Part shown: positions 39,042 to 48,430 of the stretch, piece after piece
How the letters are laid out: each line of letters begins with the position of its first letter
Position numbering within the stretch: position 1 is the stretch's first letter
NCBI GenBank assembly: GCA_965222115.1
Contig: CBDCTJ010000007.1
Coordinates: 2,452,691-2,516,690 of the forward strand
Reading direction: 5' to 3'
Length of the DNA: 64,000 bases
DNA from: Planctomycetota bacterium
GTDB taxonomy: Bacteria; Planctomycetota; PLA2; JAEUHO01
The notes under the pieces: model-generated
The model's database searches: none
What the model was told of the DNA's origin: nothing
The model's input: only the letters and a program-made list of their open reading frames with translations
Program-made: the position numbers and the translations under genes

Positions 39042-40586
39042 ATGCGATCCACACAATCCTCATCCCCTGCCATTCGTAGCGGGCGCCTCTTGCTGGTGTC
39101 GCTTCAGGTGGTTTTGGCGGCAACCCTCGCTGCCTGCGGTGGCGGAGGTGGTGGGAGCGCAGATGTCATCACCTTCTACTTGGCCGACACCACGCCTCGT
39201 GATGGCCACGTCAATGTACCGACCAATCAGATCATTAGTTTGGTCTTCAACAAAGACGTTGATCCGCTGACGGTTACTCCCTCGTCACTGTCTATCGTTG
39301 CCAACGATGCCGGGGCGATTCAGGGAACGCTAACGCAGTCACAGACTCGGCCCCGAGAACTGCGGTGGGTGCCGTCCGAACTCATGGTGGCAGGGGAACG
39401 TCACTTTTGCACCGTGTCGAGCGGGTTACGTTCCGTCGATGGCGAGGCGCTTTCCGGTGCCACGCAGTTTGAGTTCCATACCATTGGCGGTTCGACCGGC
39501 CCCCCGATCCCCGATCCAACGCGGCTTCGGCGAACCATTGGATCGATGAACGAAGGCCGGCAGTCACACCGCGCCACGCTACTAACTGATGGCCGCGTTT
39601 TGGTTACGGGTGGTTTCGATAGCGGATCGCACGCAACCGATACGGCCGAGTTGTATCTGCCGTTCAACGACACGTTTATCAATACGTCCAACGAGATGCT
39701 GACTGAACGCGCGAGCCATGCATCCGTACGACTTGCAAATGGACATGTGCTCATTTGCGGTGGATTCCGTCAGCAGAGTGGAAGTACGTTGACCGCCCTG
39801 GCGACGGCCGAGGTATACAATCCTGCGTCCAACACGTTTGCGCCGGTGGGCGACATGGCGGTGGAACGCGCCAACCACACGGCAACACTGTTGGACGATG
39901 GGCGCGTGCTGATCGCCGGCGGAAGCACCTACGTGTCGGGCTCGTTGACCGACCACATTACTGCCGAGATCTACGATCCCGGAACGTCAACATTTGCGCT
40001 CTTATCCGAAGACATGCTGCACACACGCAGCAGCCATGTGGCGCTGAAACGATCCGACGGTGACGTTGCACTCTTTGGCGGAAGCCAAGGCGACCTGCGC
40101 GTGGGTGTCTTTGATCCCACCACCGATTCGTTTACCAGCTTGGGAATTCCACCATCGGCGTCGGCACAGTTTGGTGCCGCGGCAGCCCTGTTCCCGAGCG
40201 GCGGTATTTCCGTTGCAGGTGGCAGCGTGCGCGGCGATGTCTTTCATTTGCGTGACGGTGAGACCTTTGTCTTCAATACCGGTAGCCCGCTGTGGCGTGC
40301 ACGCTCGTATGCGACGTCCAGTGTGATTGCACCCGACACGCTCATGGTTGTGGGTGGCATCGACTTTTCACGCGGTGGTTTGATTGAGTCGTCGGTAGAT
40401 ATCATTGTTGAAGGCGGCGTTGGCGGTAGTCGCACCTACGCCACGAGTATGCGTTTCCCAACAGGCATGGCGGCACATACGGCGACGAAACTGGCGAATG
40501 GTGATGTGCTTTTCTGTGGCGGACTCGATCCAGCGGGCGTGGCAAGTTACAACGCCGCATATATTTACGAAGTGCCAACCGAGTAG
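39042..40586 (+). CDS. Kelch-repeat beta-propeller lipoprotein with N-terminal Ig-like domain
   Basis: Signal peptide and lipobox (LAATLAACGGGGGG); repeated Kelch-like blades (RQSHRATLLTDGRVLVTGG, RASHASVRLANGHVLICGG, RANHTATLLDDGRVLIAGG, RSSHVALKRSDGDVALFGG). Confidence 0.65.
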   Translation: MRSTQSSSPAIRSGRLLLVSLQVVLAATLAACGGGGGGSADVITFYLADTTPRDGHVNVPTNQIISLVFNKDVDPLTVTPSSLSIVANDAGAIQGTLTQSQTRPRELRWVPSELMVAGERHFCTVSSGLRSVDGEALSGATQFEFHTIGGSTGPPIPDPTRLRRTIGSMNEGRQSHRATLLTDGRVLVTGGFDSGSHATDTAELYLPFNDTFINTSNEMLTERASHASVRLANGHVLICGGFRQQSGSTLTALATAEVYNPASNTFAPVGDMAVERANHTATLLDDGRVLIAGGSTYVSGSLTDHITAEIYDPGTSTFALLSEDMLHTRSSHVALKRSDGDVALFGGSQGDLRVGVFDPTTDSFTSLGIPPSASAQFGAAAALFPSGGISVAGGSVRGDVFHLRDGETFVFNTGSPLWRARSYATSSVIAPDTLMVVGGIDFSRGGLIESSVDIIVEGGVGGSRTYATSMRFPTGMAAHTATKLANGDVLFCGGLDPAGVASYNAAYIYEVPTE

Positions 40587-40788
40587 GCCGTCTCTGCACC
40601 TTCCCGTATCCGTCTCTGAATCTTAATCTGTAGCCTGACCCTTTCCTTCTCCCGCAGCGATCGCGTACGCCGATGGGTCCGGCGCAAGGTCAGGAGAAAG
40701 AATCAGTGGCAGAATAGGAACAGGCTGCCGTAGCGCGCGGCTCCAGCTTGCGTGATGAATGTTGACGAGTCGAGAGTAGGATCCTCGC

Positions 40789-42966
40789 ATGCGGCGCCAA
40801 AAGACCCTCACCGTCATGTTCACCGATATCTCGGGGTTTACGAAGCACACCGAGACCGTTACGCGCGATGAATTGATGGCGCGGCTCGACGAGCACAACG
40901 CCCTACTCATGCCCATTGTGCGCCACTTTGAAGGTCGTATTGTGAAGTCCATTGGCGATGCGCTCATGATCGTCTTCGAAAGTCCAACGAACGCCGTGCA
41001 ATGTGGGATGTTGATGCAACATCGATTGGCGCGCCACAACCGTGGCAGGGTTGAATTCGAACAGATACACATCAAGGTTTCGCTCAACGCTGGCGAAGTC
41101 ACAGTAACCGAGAACGATGTCTTTGGCGATTGCGTCAATGTGGCGGCAAAGATTGAGAAGGCCACACGGCCCGACGAAATCTACTTCACGGAATCGGTCT
41201 TCCTCGCCATGAACAAAGCGGAGGTGCCCAACGTCTTCGTAAAGAACTTTCGACCTAAGGGTGAACAGAGCCATGAGATCAAGCTCTACAAGGTCATCCA
41301 AGATGTAACCAACGAACAGTACGCACGTCTTATCCGCGATACGGACATTAAGGACGACGATCCATCCGACGCGCTTGAGCTATCGGATCTTGCAGGCAGC
41401 GATCTTCCTAGCGGCCACGACTCCTTGGCGGAACTCATTGCCGACGAACGGGCACGTTCGCGAAAGAACCTTTTGCTGGCAACGGCCTTAGGCGCCTTGT
41501 TGCTCGGCGGGCTCGTCGTAGGGGGACTGGCGCTGTTTAGTGGCAGCAAAGGCCCCACCGCTGCCGATCGTACGACCGACGCCGTTCGTGCCTACTTGGC
41601 CAAAGGCAATGTGGAGGGCGCCCGATCCGCGATCGCCAATTTTGGAGCCGACGGCGGGAGTCAAGAACGCATTGCGCAGTTGCAGCGCGAGATTCACGCC
41701 TATCAGGGTGGTGAATCGGTAAAGCGCATCAAGGCGCTACTTGCCGACGACAACGTGGACGATGCCCGTTCACTTGTCGGTAGCAATCGCGAGTTCATTC
41801 CGACCGCGTTGCTGACTCACATCGATGCGCTAGCGGCGGCGGAACAGGCGCTACGCGACGGCGACGCGGAGGCGGCGCGTAAGGGCTTGCAGGGTGCGGA
41901 CCCGACGTTCACTCCGAGGAACGCCTACGCGGCGTGCAAGAAGCGAATCGAGGCCATCGATACCGCGTGGCACGTGCATGAACACTCGGAATCGGTCGAT
42001 GACGCAGAGCGAGCAATCGAGGTCCTGTCGGGGGCATTCGGAGACGACACCCATCATCCTGTGGCCACGCGTATTTTGGGCGACATGATCATTCGTTCTG
42101 TTGGCATGACAGCTCGGACGAGTGGGCGCAAGGCGATCCGCGAGCACTTTGACGCGCTCATGAAACGCTTTCCAGGTATCAAAGATCGCACGCGTATTCG
42201 CCGCGAAGTGCAGCTCCACGCGCTGTGGTTTTACACGAGTGACTACGAGGCTCGACGTCGCTGGCGCGGTCGATTTGACAGCCAGAGTCAACGGGAGATT
42301 GCTACGCTTCGCGAGCTGGGCAAAGGCGATGCCGACTTTTTGTTTCGACTTGGCGTCACGCGCCACCGGATTTCGCGAAAGAACGGACTCGGCATATCGG
42401 ATGGCGCGCAAGACATTGAGAGCGCCATGAAGTTGGATCCGCGCCTCATTGAAACGCGTGCCGACGAGTTGTACCCGATTGCGATCGATTGGCTACGTTG
42501 GGTGTCGTCTCCCGATTCACTGGCCCACAAGCTCGTTACGGGCCCCTTCAAAGAGCGTGCGCGCGAGCATCTTTTTGCCCGTGCCTTTGCTCCCTACGGT
42601 GGCAAGCGCGACGACGCACCGCGGCCTGAAGAACGCGCCAATGCTGTTGCGGCGTTGGTTGCCATGAATGCACCGATCGAAACCGAACAAGCCGTGGAGT
42701 TTGTGACCAACAACTGGAAGACCGTGCTCACGGGTCGCAATCCGATCATTTCCATCGATGTCTTTGCTGCTCTCTTTGCCCGCAAGGACATGGCCTACGA
42801 GTACTTCGAACGCTTGGCAGGCGACATCAAACGGATCCAAACCGAACTGGGCGCCAAGCGAGGCAAGTTCAGCGCCTACAAGCACGCCCGCGATCGCATC
42901 CTCGCTCTCCGCCGCACCCTCATCGACGCCCACCCCGCTCACGCCAAACGCTTCGCCGCAAACTAG
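40789..42966 (+). CDS. class III adenylate/guanylate cyclase: N-terminal catalytic domain, single TM, large C-terminal helical domain
   Basis: Cyclase motifs LTVMFTDISGFT, VKSIGDALMIVF, GDCVNVAAKIE; hydrophobic helix LLLATALGALLLGGLVVGGLALF at ~aa 225-250; ~470 aa of helical/TPR-like sequence after it. Confidence 0.75.
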   Translation: MRRQKTLTVMFTDISGFTKHTETVTRDELMARLDEHNALLMPIVRHFEGRIVKSIGDALMIVFESPTNAVQCGMLMQHRLARHNRGRVEFEQIHIKVSLNAGEVTVTENDVFGDCVNVAAKIEKATRPDEIYFTESVFLAMNKAEVPNVFVKNFRPKGEQSHEIKLYKVIQDVTNEQYARLIRDTDIKDDDPSDALELSDLAGSDLPSGHDSLAELIADERARSRKNLLLATALGALLLGGLVVGGLALFSGSKGPTAADRTTDAVRAYLAKGNVEGARSAIANFGADGGSQERIAQLQREIHAYQGGESVKRIKALLADDNVDDARSLVGSNREFIPTALLTHIDALAAAEQALRDGDAEAARKGLQGADPTFTPRNAYAACKKRIEAIDTAWHVHEHSESVDDAERAIEVLSGAFGDDTHHPVATRILGDMIIRSVGMTARTSGRKAIREHFDALMKRFPGIKDRTRIRREVQLHALWFYTSDYEARRRWRGRFDSQSQREIATLRELGKGDADFLFRLGVTRHRISRKNGLGISDGAQDIESAMKLDPRLIETRADELYPIAIDWLRWVSSPDSLAHKLVTGPFKERAREHLFARAFAPYGGKRDDAPRPEERANAVAALVAMNAPIETEQAVEFVTNNWKTVLTGRNPIISIDVFAALFARKDMAYEYFERLAGDIKRIQTELGAKRGKFSAYKHARDRILALRRTLIDAHPAHAKRFAAN

Positions 42967-43159
42967 GCTCTGTCTGAAAGCTCCTCTACTGCGCAATCCG
43001 ATCCTCTCGCTGCGAGTCGCGTCCCTTCGAAATTGCCGTCCTCGACGTGAACAGACCACGCCTGCGGGCCAATTTCTTGGTCCATCGACTCTCGCATCGG
43101 TCTCCCGCGTTTATTGAAGAGACACGGGCTCGTCACGAGGCTTTTCAGGCAGGGCCTAA

Positions 43160-43339
43160 TGCGCCACAAATACCAGGTATAGTTGGCGCACGGGCCCGTA
43201 GACGCCCATTCGTTGGGCTCGCCCCGGCGCGCGATACTCGTCGTGCGCCACAGAAACCAGGTATTTTTGGCGCATGCCGATAGGCGAGCGCGCTACGCGA
43301 CATGGCGGTGCGCCAGAAAAACCAGGTATTTTTGGCGCA
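43160..43339. repeat. three tandem copies of a ~31-bp palindromic repeat in the cyclase / lpdA convergent intergenic region
   Basis: TGCGCCACAAATACCAGGTATAGTTGGCGCA (43160..43190), TGCGCCACAGAAACCAGGTATTTTTGGCGCA (43244..43274), TGCGCCAGAAAAACCAGGTATTTTTGGCGCA (43309..43339); same family as 10199..10229. Confidence 0.8.
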
Positions 43340-43343
43340 CGGA

Positions 43344-44753
43344 TTAGGGGTTGAGAATGTGGATGGCTTTGCCGTGAACGGCTTCGGCGGCTTCCATGAG
43401 GGATTCGGGCCAGGTGGGGTGGGCGTGGACCGTGAGGGCAATGTCTTCGCTAGTGGCGCCCATTTCGATGGCGAGCGCGGCTTCGGCGATGAGGTCGGAA
43501 GCTTGGTAGCCAACGCCGGACACGCCCAGTACTTCATCGGTTTCGGGATCCGCAATGATCTTTACGAATCCGTCGGTGGCACTCACGGAGAGCGCGCGAC
43601 CCAAGGCTGTGAACGGGAACTTGCCCACCTTTACGTTACGCCCCGCTTCTTTGGCCTCGTGTTCCTGTAGTCCTACGGTTGCGACTTCGGGATGGGTGAA
43701 CGTTGCGGCGGGCATGGCACGCACGTCGTAGACGCTACTCGTGTTCCCGGCCGCGTGCTCGGCTGCCACAATGCCTTCCTTGCTTGCCTTGTGGGCCAGC
43801 CACGGCAATCCGGCGACGTCACCAATCGCGTAGATGTGTGGCACATTGGTCTGTCGGCTTTCGTTTACGGCGAAGTGACCCGTGTCGTCGATTTGTAAGC
43901 CGGCCGCATCGCGACCCACGCGATCGGAATTGGGTTTGAAGCCAATCGCACACAGGACGACTTCGGAGGGTATCGACAGTTCTTTCCCCTTCTTATCCTT
44001 TGCTTTCACGATGAGGTTTTTGCCGGTGCCTTCGATGGCTGTGGCACCGGTTTCCTTATGAATCTTCCCCTTGAGTTTCTTGATCGACTTCTCGACCACC
44101 TTTACGAGGTCGGGATCCGTACCGGGAAGGAGCGACTTGGTCAGCTCAATCACGGTCAACTTGGAACCCAAGCGCTGGAAGACAGTCCCTAGCTCTAGGC
44201 CAATCACGCCGCCGCCAATTACCGTGAACGAATCCGGCACCCAATCGATGTCGAGCGCCTCGCGATAGGTCATGACATTGCCGCCGATGGGCAGAAACGG
44301 CAGGGTGGCCGCACGTGCTCCGGTAGCCACAATGCACTTGTCAAATGATACCGCCTGCGTCTTGCCGTCGCTGTCCTTCACAGCGAGAGCCTTCGGCGAC
44401 GTGAACTCGGCATGTCCGTGAATCGTGGTCACGCCGTTCTTACTAAGCAAGAAACCAACACCTGTTGTGAGGCGATTGACGATGCCCGACTTCCACTCCT
44501 GGAGCTTCTTCCCGTCTACCTCGACATCACCAACGACAACGCCCATGGCATCGGCCTTGCGAATCTTGTCCACCAAGCCACTTGCGTAGATCAAGCTCTT
44601 TGAGGGAATGCAACCCACATTGAGACACACGCCACCAATCTTGTCCTCTTCGATGACGGCAGTCTTGAGTCCGAGTTGACCTGCACGAATGGCGGCCACA
44701 TAGCCGCCCGGCCCAGATCCAATCACGACAAGATCAAAGTGTTGATCAGCCAT
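43344..44753 (-). CDS. lpdA: dihydrolipoyl dehydrogenase (E3)
   Basis: FAD motif DLVVIGSGPGGYVAA; redox disulfide GGVCLNVGCIPSK; C-terminal HAHPTWPE interface motif. Confidence 0.9.
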   Translation of the reverse strand: MADQHFDLVVIGSGPGGYVAAIRAGQLGLKTAVIEEDKIGGVCLNVGCIPSKSLIYASGLVDKIRKADAMGVVVGDVEVDGKKLQEWKSGIVNRLTTGVGFLLSKNGVTTIHGHAEFTSPKALAVKDSDGKTQAVSFDKCIVATGARAATLPFLPIGGNVMTYREALDIDWVPDSFTVIGGGVIGLELGTVFQRLGSKLTVIELTKSLLPGTDPDLVKVVEKSIKKLKGKIHKETGATAIEGTGKNLIVKAKDKKGKELSIPSEVVLCAIGFKPNSDRVGRDAAGLQIDDTGHFAVNESRQTNVPHIYAIGDVAGLPWLAHKASKEGIVAAEHAAGNTSSVYDVRAMPAATFTHPEVATVGLQEHEAKEAGRNVKVGKFPFTALGRALSVSATDGFVKIIADPETDEVLGVSGVGYQASDLIAEAALAIEMGATSEDIALTVHAHPTWPESLMEAAEAVHGKAIHILNP

Positions 44754-44807
44754 TGAGAACTCCTCACGCGACGCGCGTAGCGCCTCGTGCATGAAAGAAC
44801 AGATTCG

Positions 44808-46010
44808 TTAGACCGGAAGATCGCCCGCCAAACGCTCTTCTTGATCGCGAAGTTGCGCCGGTTTTTCGTGCCATACATCGGTGAAGAGTGTGGCGGGAGA
44901 AACGGCACTCGCGGCCTCCACCTGGGCAATGGTCTCACTGATGGTCTTGCCCGACGCGGCGAGAAAGTCTTCTTCGCGCCCTGCGTCCCACTCACCCTTG
45001 CTCTCGAGCCATGTGCGAAGACGCAGTAGGGGATCACGTTTGATCCACATCGCGGCTTCACGTTCATCGCGATACTTGGTGGGGTCATCGGAAGAACTGT
45101 GACCGCCCAATCGGTAGGTCAAACACTCAATAAATGTTGGGCCTTCACCATTTCGCGCGCGATCGACGGCCGCCTTGGTGGCGATGTAGCACGCGAGTGC
45201 ATCGTTGCCGTCCACACGAATGCCAGGCATCCCGTAGGCGCGTGCCTTGATGGCCAGTGTTTCGCTCGCCGTTTGCATCGAAAGCGGAACTGAGATGGCC
45301 CACTGGTTGTTTTGGCACACAAACACAACCGGCGCCTTCCACACGCCGGCGAAATTGAGCCCGGCATGGAAGTCGTTCTCGGATGTGGCCCCGTCACCCA
45401 GATAACCGCCAACAACGCGATCGGTTTCGCCTCGAACTTGCATGGCACGCGCAGCACCGACGGCCTGCGAAACCTGCGTAGCAATGGGCGAGCTGAGCGT
45501 GACGAAGTGATTGGCCGGATCTGAGTAGTGACATGGCATTTGCCGGCCTTTGGTGGGATCGGCATCGTTGGCAAAGCACTGGGCGATGTAGTCGGCCAAG
45601 GGCATGCCGCGCCAAAGCGCTATCGCGCCTTCGCGAAGGGCGGGGAAGAGCCAGTCGTCGGCTTCAAACGCTGCACCCGAACCAAGTGCTGCGCCCTCTT
45701 GTCCCTTGGCGGTTCCGTAGAAACCGATTCGACCCTGCCGCTGCAGGTTCAGCATGCGCTGATCGAGCGCTCGTTGAAACAACATGGCCTCAAGCAAGCG
45801 TGCGGCGAGTCCCTTTGGCAAGGACGGGAGCGTGCCTACTTCCTTGCCGTTTTCATCCACAAGCTGATAGAGCCCGAGCGGTCCGACCTCGTAAGGATCG
45901 AGCGCGCCACGCGGCGCCTTCTTGCTTGCGCGTTTTTTTGCAGGGGTTCGCTTCTTGGCGGCCATAGCATCCGACTTCTTGGTGGTGGATCCGGTGGACT
46001 CTGGCGTCAC
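44808..46010 (-). CDS. 2-oxoacid dehydrogenase E1 component alpha subunit, paralog 2, with Lys-rich N-terminal tail
   Basis: TPP-binding GDGATSENDFHAGLNFAGVWKAPVVFVCQNNQWAISVP and phospho-loop region YRLGGHSSSDDP; N-terminal TTKKSDAMAAKKRTPAKKRASKKAPRG. Confidence 0.8.
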   Translation of the reverse strand: MTPESTGSTTKKSDAMAAKKRTPAKKRASKKAPRGALDPYEVGPLGLYQLVDENGKEVGTLPSLPKGLAARLLEAMLFQRALDQRMLNLQRQGRIGFYGTAKGQEGAALGSGAAFEADDWLFPALREGAIALWRGMPLADYIAQCFANDADPTKGRQMPCHYSDPANHFVTLSSPIATQVSQAVGAARAMQVRGETDRVVGGYLGDGATSENDFHAGLNFAGVWKAPVVFVCQNNQWAISVPLSMQTASETLAIKARAYGMPGIRVDGNDALACYIATKAAVDRARNGEGPTFIECLTYRLGGHSSSDDPTKYRDEREAAMWIKRDPLLRLRTWLESKGEWDAGREEDFLAASGKTISETIAQVEAASAVSPATLFTDVWHEKPAQLRDQEERLAGDLPV

Positions 46011-46013
46011 GAG

Positions 46014-47321
46014 CTACACGCCTTCTATCAGCATCAAACCGGGTTGCTCAAGCAAACGAATGAGCTCATTCATGAACCGAGCGGCTGTAGCGCCGTCCAC
46101 GATTCGGTGATCAAGTGTGATGGAAAGATTGCACATCTTCCGAATCACAATCTCACCGTCGCGCACGACCGGTGTGTCGGCAATCTTATACACACCAAGA
46201 ATACCTACTTCGGGGTAGTTGAGAATTGGCGTGGCCAAGATGCCACCGATGCTTCCCGCACTTGTAATCGTAAACGTGCTACCTTTGAGATCTTCGACCG
46301 CAATCTTCTTGTTACGTGCAGCCTCGGTCACGCGCTGAAGCTCGGAAGCAATCTGCAAGATGCTGAGGCGATCGACTTCCTTGATGACGGGTACCGTGAG
46401 GCCCAAGGGGGTATCCGTGGCAATGCCTATGTTGTAGTCGCCCTTCACGATGTAGCTGTTGTTGTTGTCGTCTACCAATGCATTGACGGTGGGGAACTTA
46501 CGGAAGCACGAAACCAATGCCTTGATGATGAACGGCAGGTAGGTGAGCTTGACGCCTTCCGCAGCTGCGGCGGCCTTGGCTTCCTTGCGGAGCTTAGCCA
46601 AGTTGGTCATGTCGCATTCGTCGGCGAACGTGAAGTGCGGCGAGAACTGTTTCGAGCGCACCATTTGTTCGGCAATCTTTCCGCGCAAACCTCGCAGTGG
46701 AACCACCTGGTCTTCGCGACGCGCGGCGACAGGCGGAAGTTCGACCCGTGCGCGAGGTGCACTCGCCGCAACGGGCGCGGGCACAACCCCTGGTGCACCG
46801 CCGCCGCGATAGTTTTCCACGTCCTTGCGTGTCACCCGGCCACGTTCGCCGGTTGCGGGAATCGCGTTCAGATCATAGCCACGCTCGCGGGCGAGTTTGC
46901 GTACGGCGGGCGCCGCCAGAGTGCGTTCGCGAAGCACCGAAGTCGTGGATCCGTTCGAGGAAGAGATCGGCGCGGCCGCAACGGGAGTTGGTGCCGCCTT
47001 GGGTACGCTCGCGGTAGGTGTCTGCGTTGATGCTGGAGCCGGCGCTTCGGCTTTCGTGTCGCCGCCGCCTGCAGTTCCGCCACCCTTCCCGTTGTCGATC
47101 ACAACCATGATCGATCCTACAGGAATGGTCTCGCCTTCCTGCGCCTTGATGCTCTTGATGGTGCCCGCGCACGGTGAGGTGATCTCAACCGTCGCTTTGT
47201 CCGTCATGACTTCAACCATCGGCTGATCGTCTTTGACGACGTCACCTTCTTTGACGAGCCACGTAACGACTTCGCCTTCAGTCAGTCCTTCGCCAATGTC
47301 GGGGAGCTTGAATTCGTACAT
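46014..47321 (-). CDS. dihydrolipoamide acyltransferase (E2)
   Basis: Lipoyl domain with EVMTDKATVEITSP; Ala/Pro-rich linker; E3-binding domain; catalytic DHRIVDGATAARF. Confidence 0.85.
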   Translation of the reverse strand: MYEFKLPDIGEGLTEGEVVTWLVKEGDVVKDDQPMVEVMTDKATVEITSPCAGTIKSIKAQEGETIPVGSIMVVIDNGKGGGTAGGGDTKAEAPAPASTQTPTASVPKAAPTPVAAAPISSSNGSTTSVLRERTLAAPAVRKLARERGYDLNAIPATGERGRVTRKDVENYRGGGAPGVVPAPVAASAPRARVELPPVAARREDQVVPLRGLRGKIAEQMVRSKQFSPHFTFADECDMTNLAKLRKEAKAAAAAEGVKLTYLPFIIKALVSCFRKFPTVNALVDDNNNSYIVKGDYNIGIATDTPLGLTVPVIKEVDRLSILQIASELQRVTEAARNKKIAVEDLKGSTFTITSAGSIGGILATPILNYPEVGILGVYKIADTPVVRDGEIVIRKMCNLSITLDHRIVDGATAARFMNELIRLLEQPGLMLIEGV

Positions 47322-47380
47322 AGAGTCTCTCGTGTCGATTCGAATGGTGTGTTTGCAGGATGGGGGCGCCTCGTGATTGG

Positions 47381-48358
47381 CTATTCCCAGCGCGCCGTGT
47401 ACTCAATGGCATTGAGTACACGTGCCTTGTCGGGCTTGTACACATGCTCAAGCGCATAGGGGAAGGGCGTGTCGAATCCTGCAACACGAGCGATGGGCGC
47501 TTCGAGATACTCGATGGCTTTCTCGGCAACTGTTGCAGACACTTCGGAAGCGAAACCACACGTGCGTGGTGCTTCCTGAACGGCCACACAACGCCCGGTC
47601 TTCTTTACGCTTTCAACTACTGACGCAGCGTCCCACGGAAGCAAGCTGCGAAGATCAATGATCTCAGCGTCGATGCCCTTTTCTGCGGCCTCCGCCGCCG
47701 CAGCCTCAACGATGGGCACCATAGCGCCCCACGTGACAACCGTGATGTCGTTGCCGCTGCGCACCGTGCGTGCCTTGTCGAGCTCAACGGTGAAGTAGCC
47801 CTCGTCCACGTCTTGTTTGCCATGGCGATAAAGTGCTTTGGGCTCTAAGAACAGCACCGGGTCATCGCAAAAGATGGATGAGAGCAACATGCCCTTCGCG
47901 TCAGACGGTGTGCTTGGCATGACCACGCGCAAGCCGGGTGTGTGGGCAAAGTAGGCCTCACTTGACTGCGAGTGATAGTGACCGCCGCGAATGCCTCCAC
48001 CGGACGGCGAACGAATCACCATGGGGCAGGTGAAGTGACCGCCGGAGCGATAGCGCATTTTCGCGGCCTCGGAAACGATTTGGTCAAAGCCGGGATAGAT
48101 AAAATCTAAGAATTGAATCTCTGGCACCGGTCGCAACCCGTAGAGCGCCATGCCAATGGCTGTGCCCATGATGCCGCACTCTGAAAGCGGCGTATCCATC
48201 ACGCGCAGGTCGCCGTACTTGTTGTGAAGTCCGTCGGTGGCGCCAAATACGCCACCTTTCTTGCCGATATCTTCACCCAACATCACAACGTCGCCATCGC
48301 GATCCATCGCGAGATGCAGGGCGTCGTTGATGGCTTGCAGCATGGTCATCTGAGGCAT
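47381..48358 (-). CDS. 2-oxoacid dehydrogenase E1 component beta subunit
   Basis: Transketolase-like pyrimidine-binding and C-terminal domains (VVMLGEDIGKKGGVFGAT, ITVVTWGAMV); ~325 aa. Confidence 0.85.
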   Translation of the reverse strand: MPQMTMLQAINDALHLAMDRDGDVVMLGEDIGKKGGVFGATDGLHNKYGDLRVMDTPLSECGIMGTAIGMALYGLRPVPEIQFLDFIYPGFDQIVSEAAKMRYRSGGHFTCPMVIRSPSGGGIRGGHYHSQSSEAYFAHTPGLRVVMPSTPSDAKGMLLSSIFCDDPVLFLEPKALYRHGKQDVDEGYFTVELDKARTVRSGNDITVVTWGAMVPIVEAAAAEAAEKGIDAEIIDLRSLLPWDAASVVESVKKTGRCVAVQEAPRTCGFASEVSATVAEKAIEYLEAPIARVAGFDTPFPYALEHVYKPDKARVLNAIEYTARWE

Positions 48359-48430
48359 GAGCTGATTCCTGAATGCGTGTCGAATGGGATTCGACGAAAT
48401 ACGGGTATTGAAACGAAGGCGAGCGAACGT

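Noticed and set aside
43160-43339. Possible CRISPR array
   Set aside because: Only three units, irregular spacing (84 and 65 bp), units are themselves palindromes and a fourth copy sits 33 kb away as a singleton; no cas genes in the window.
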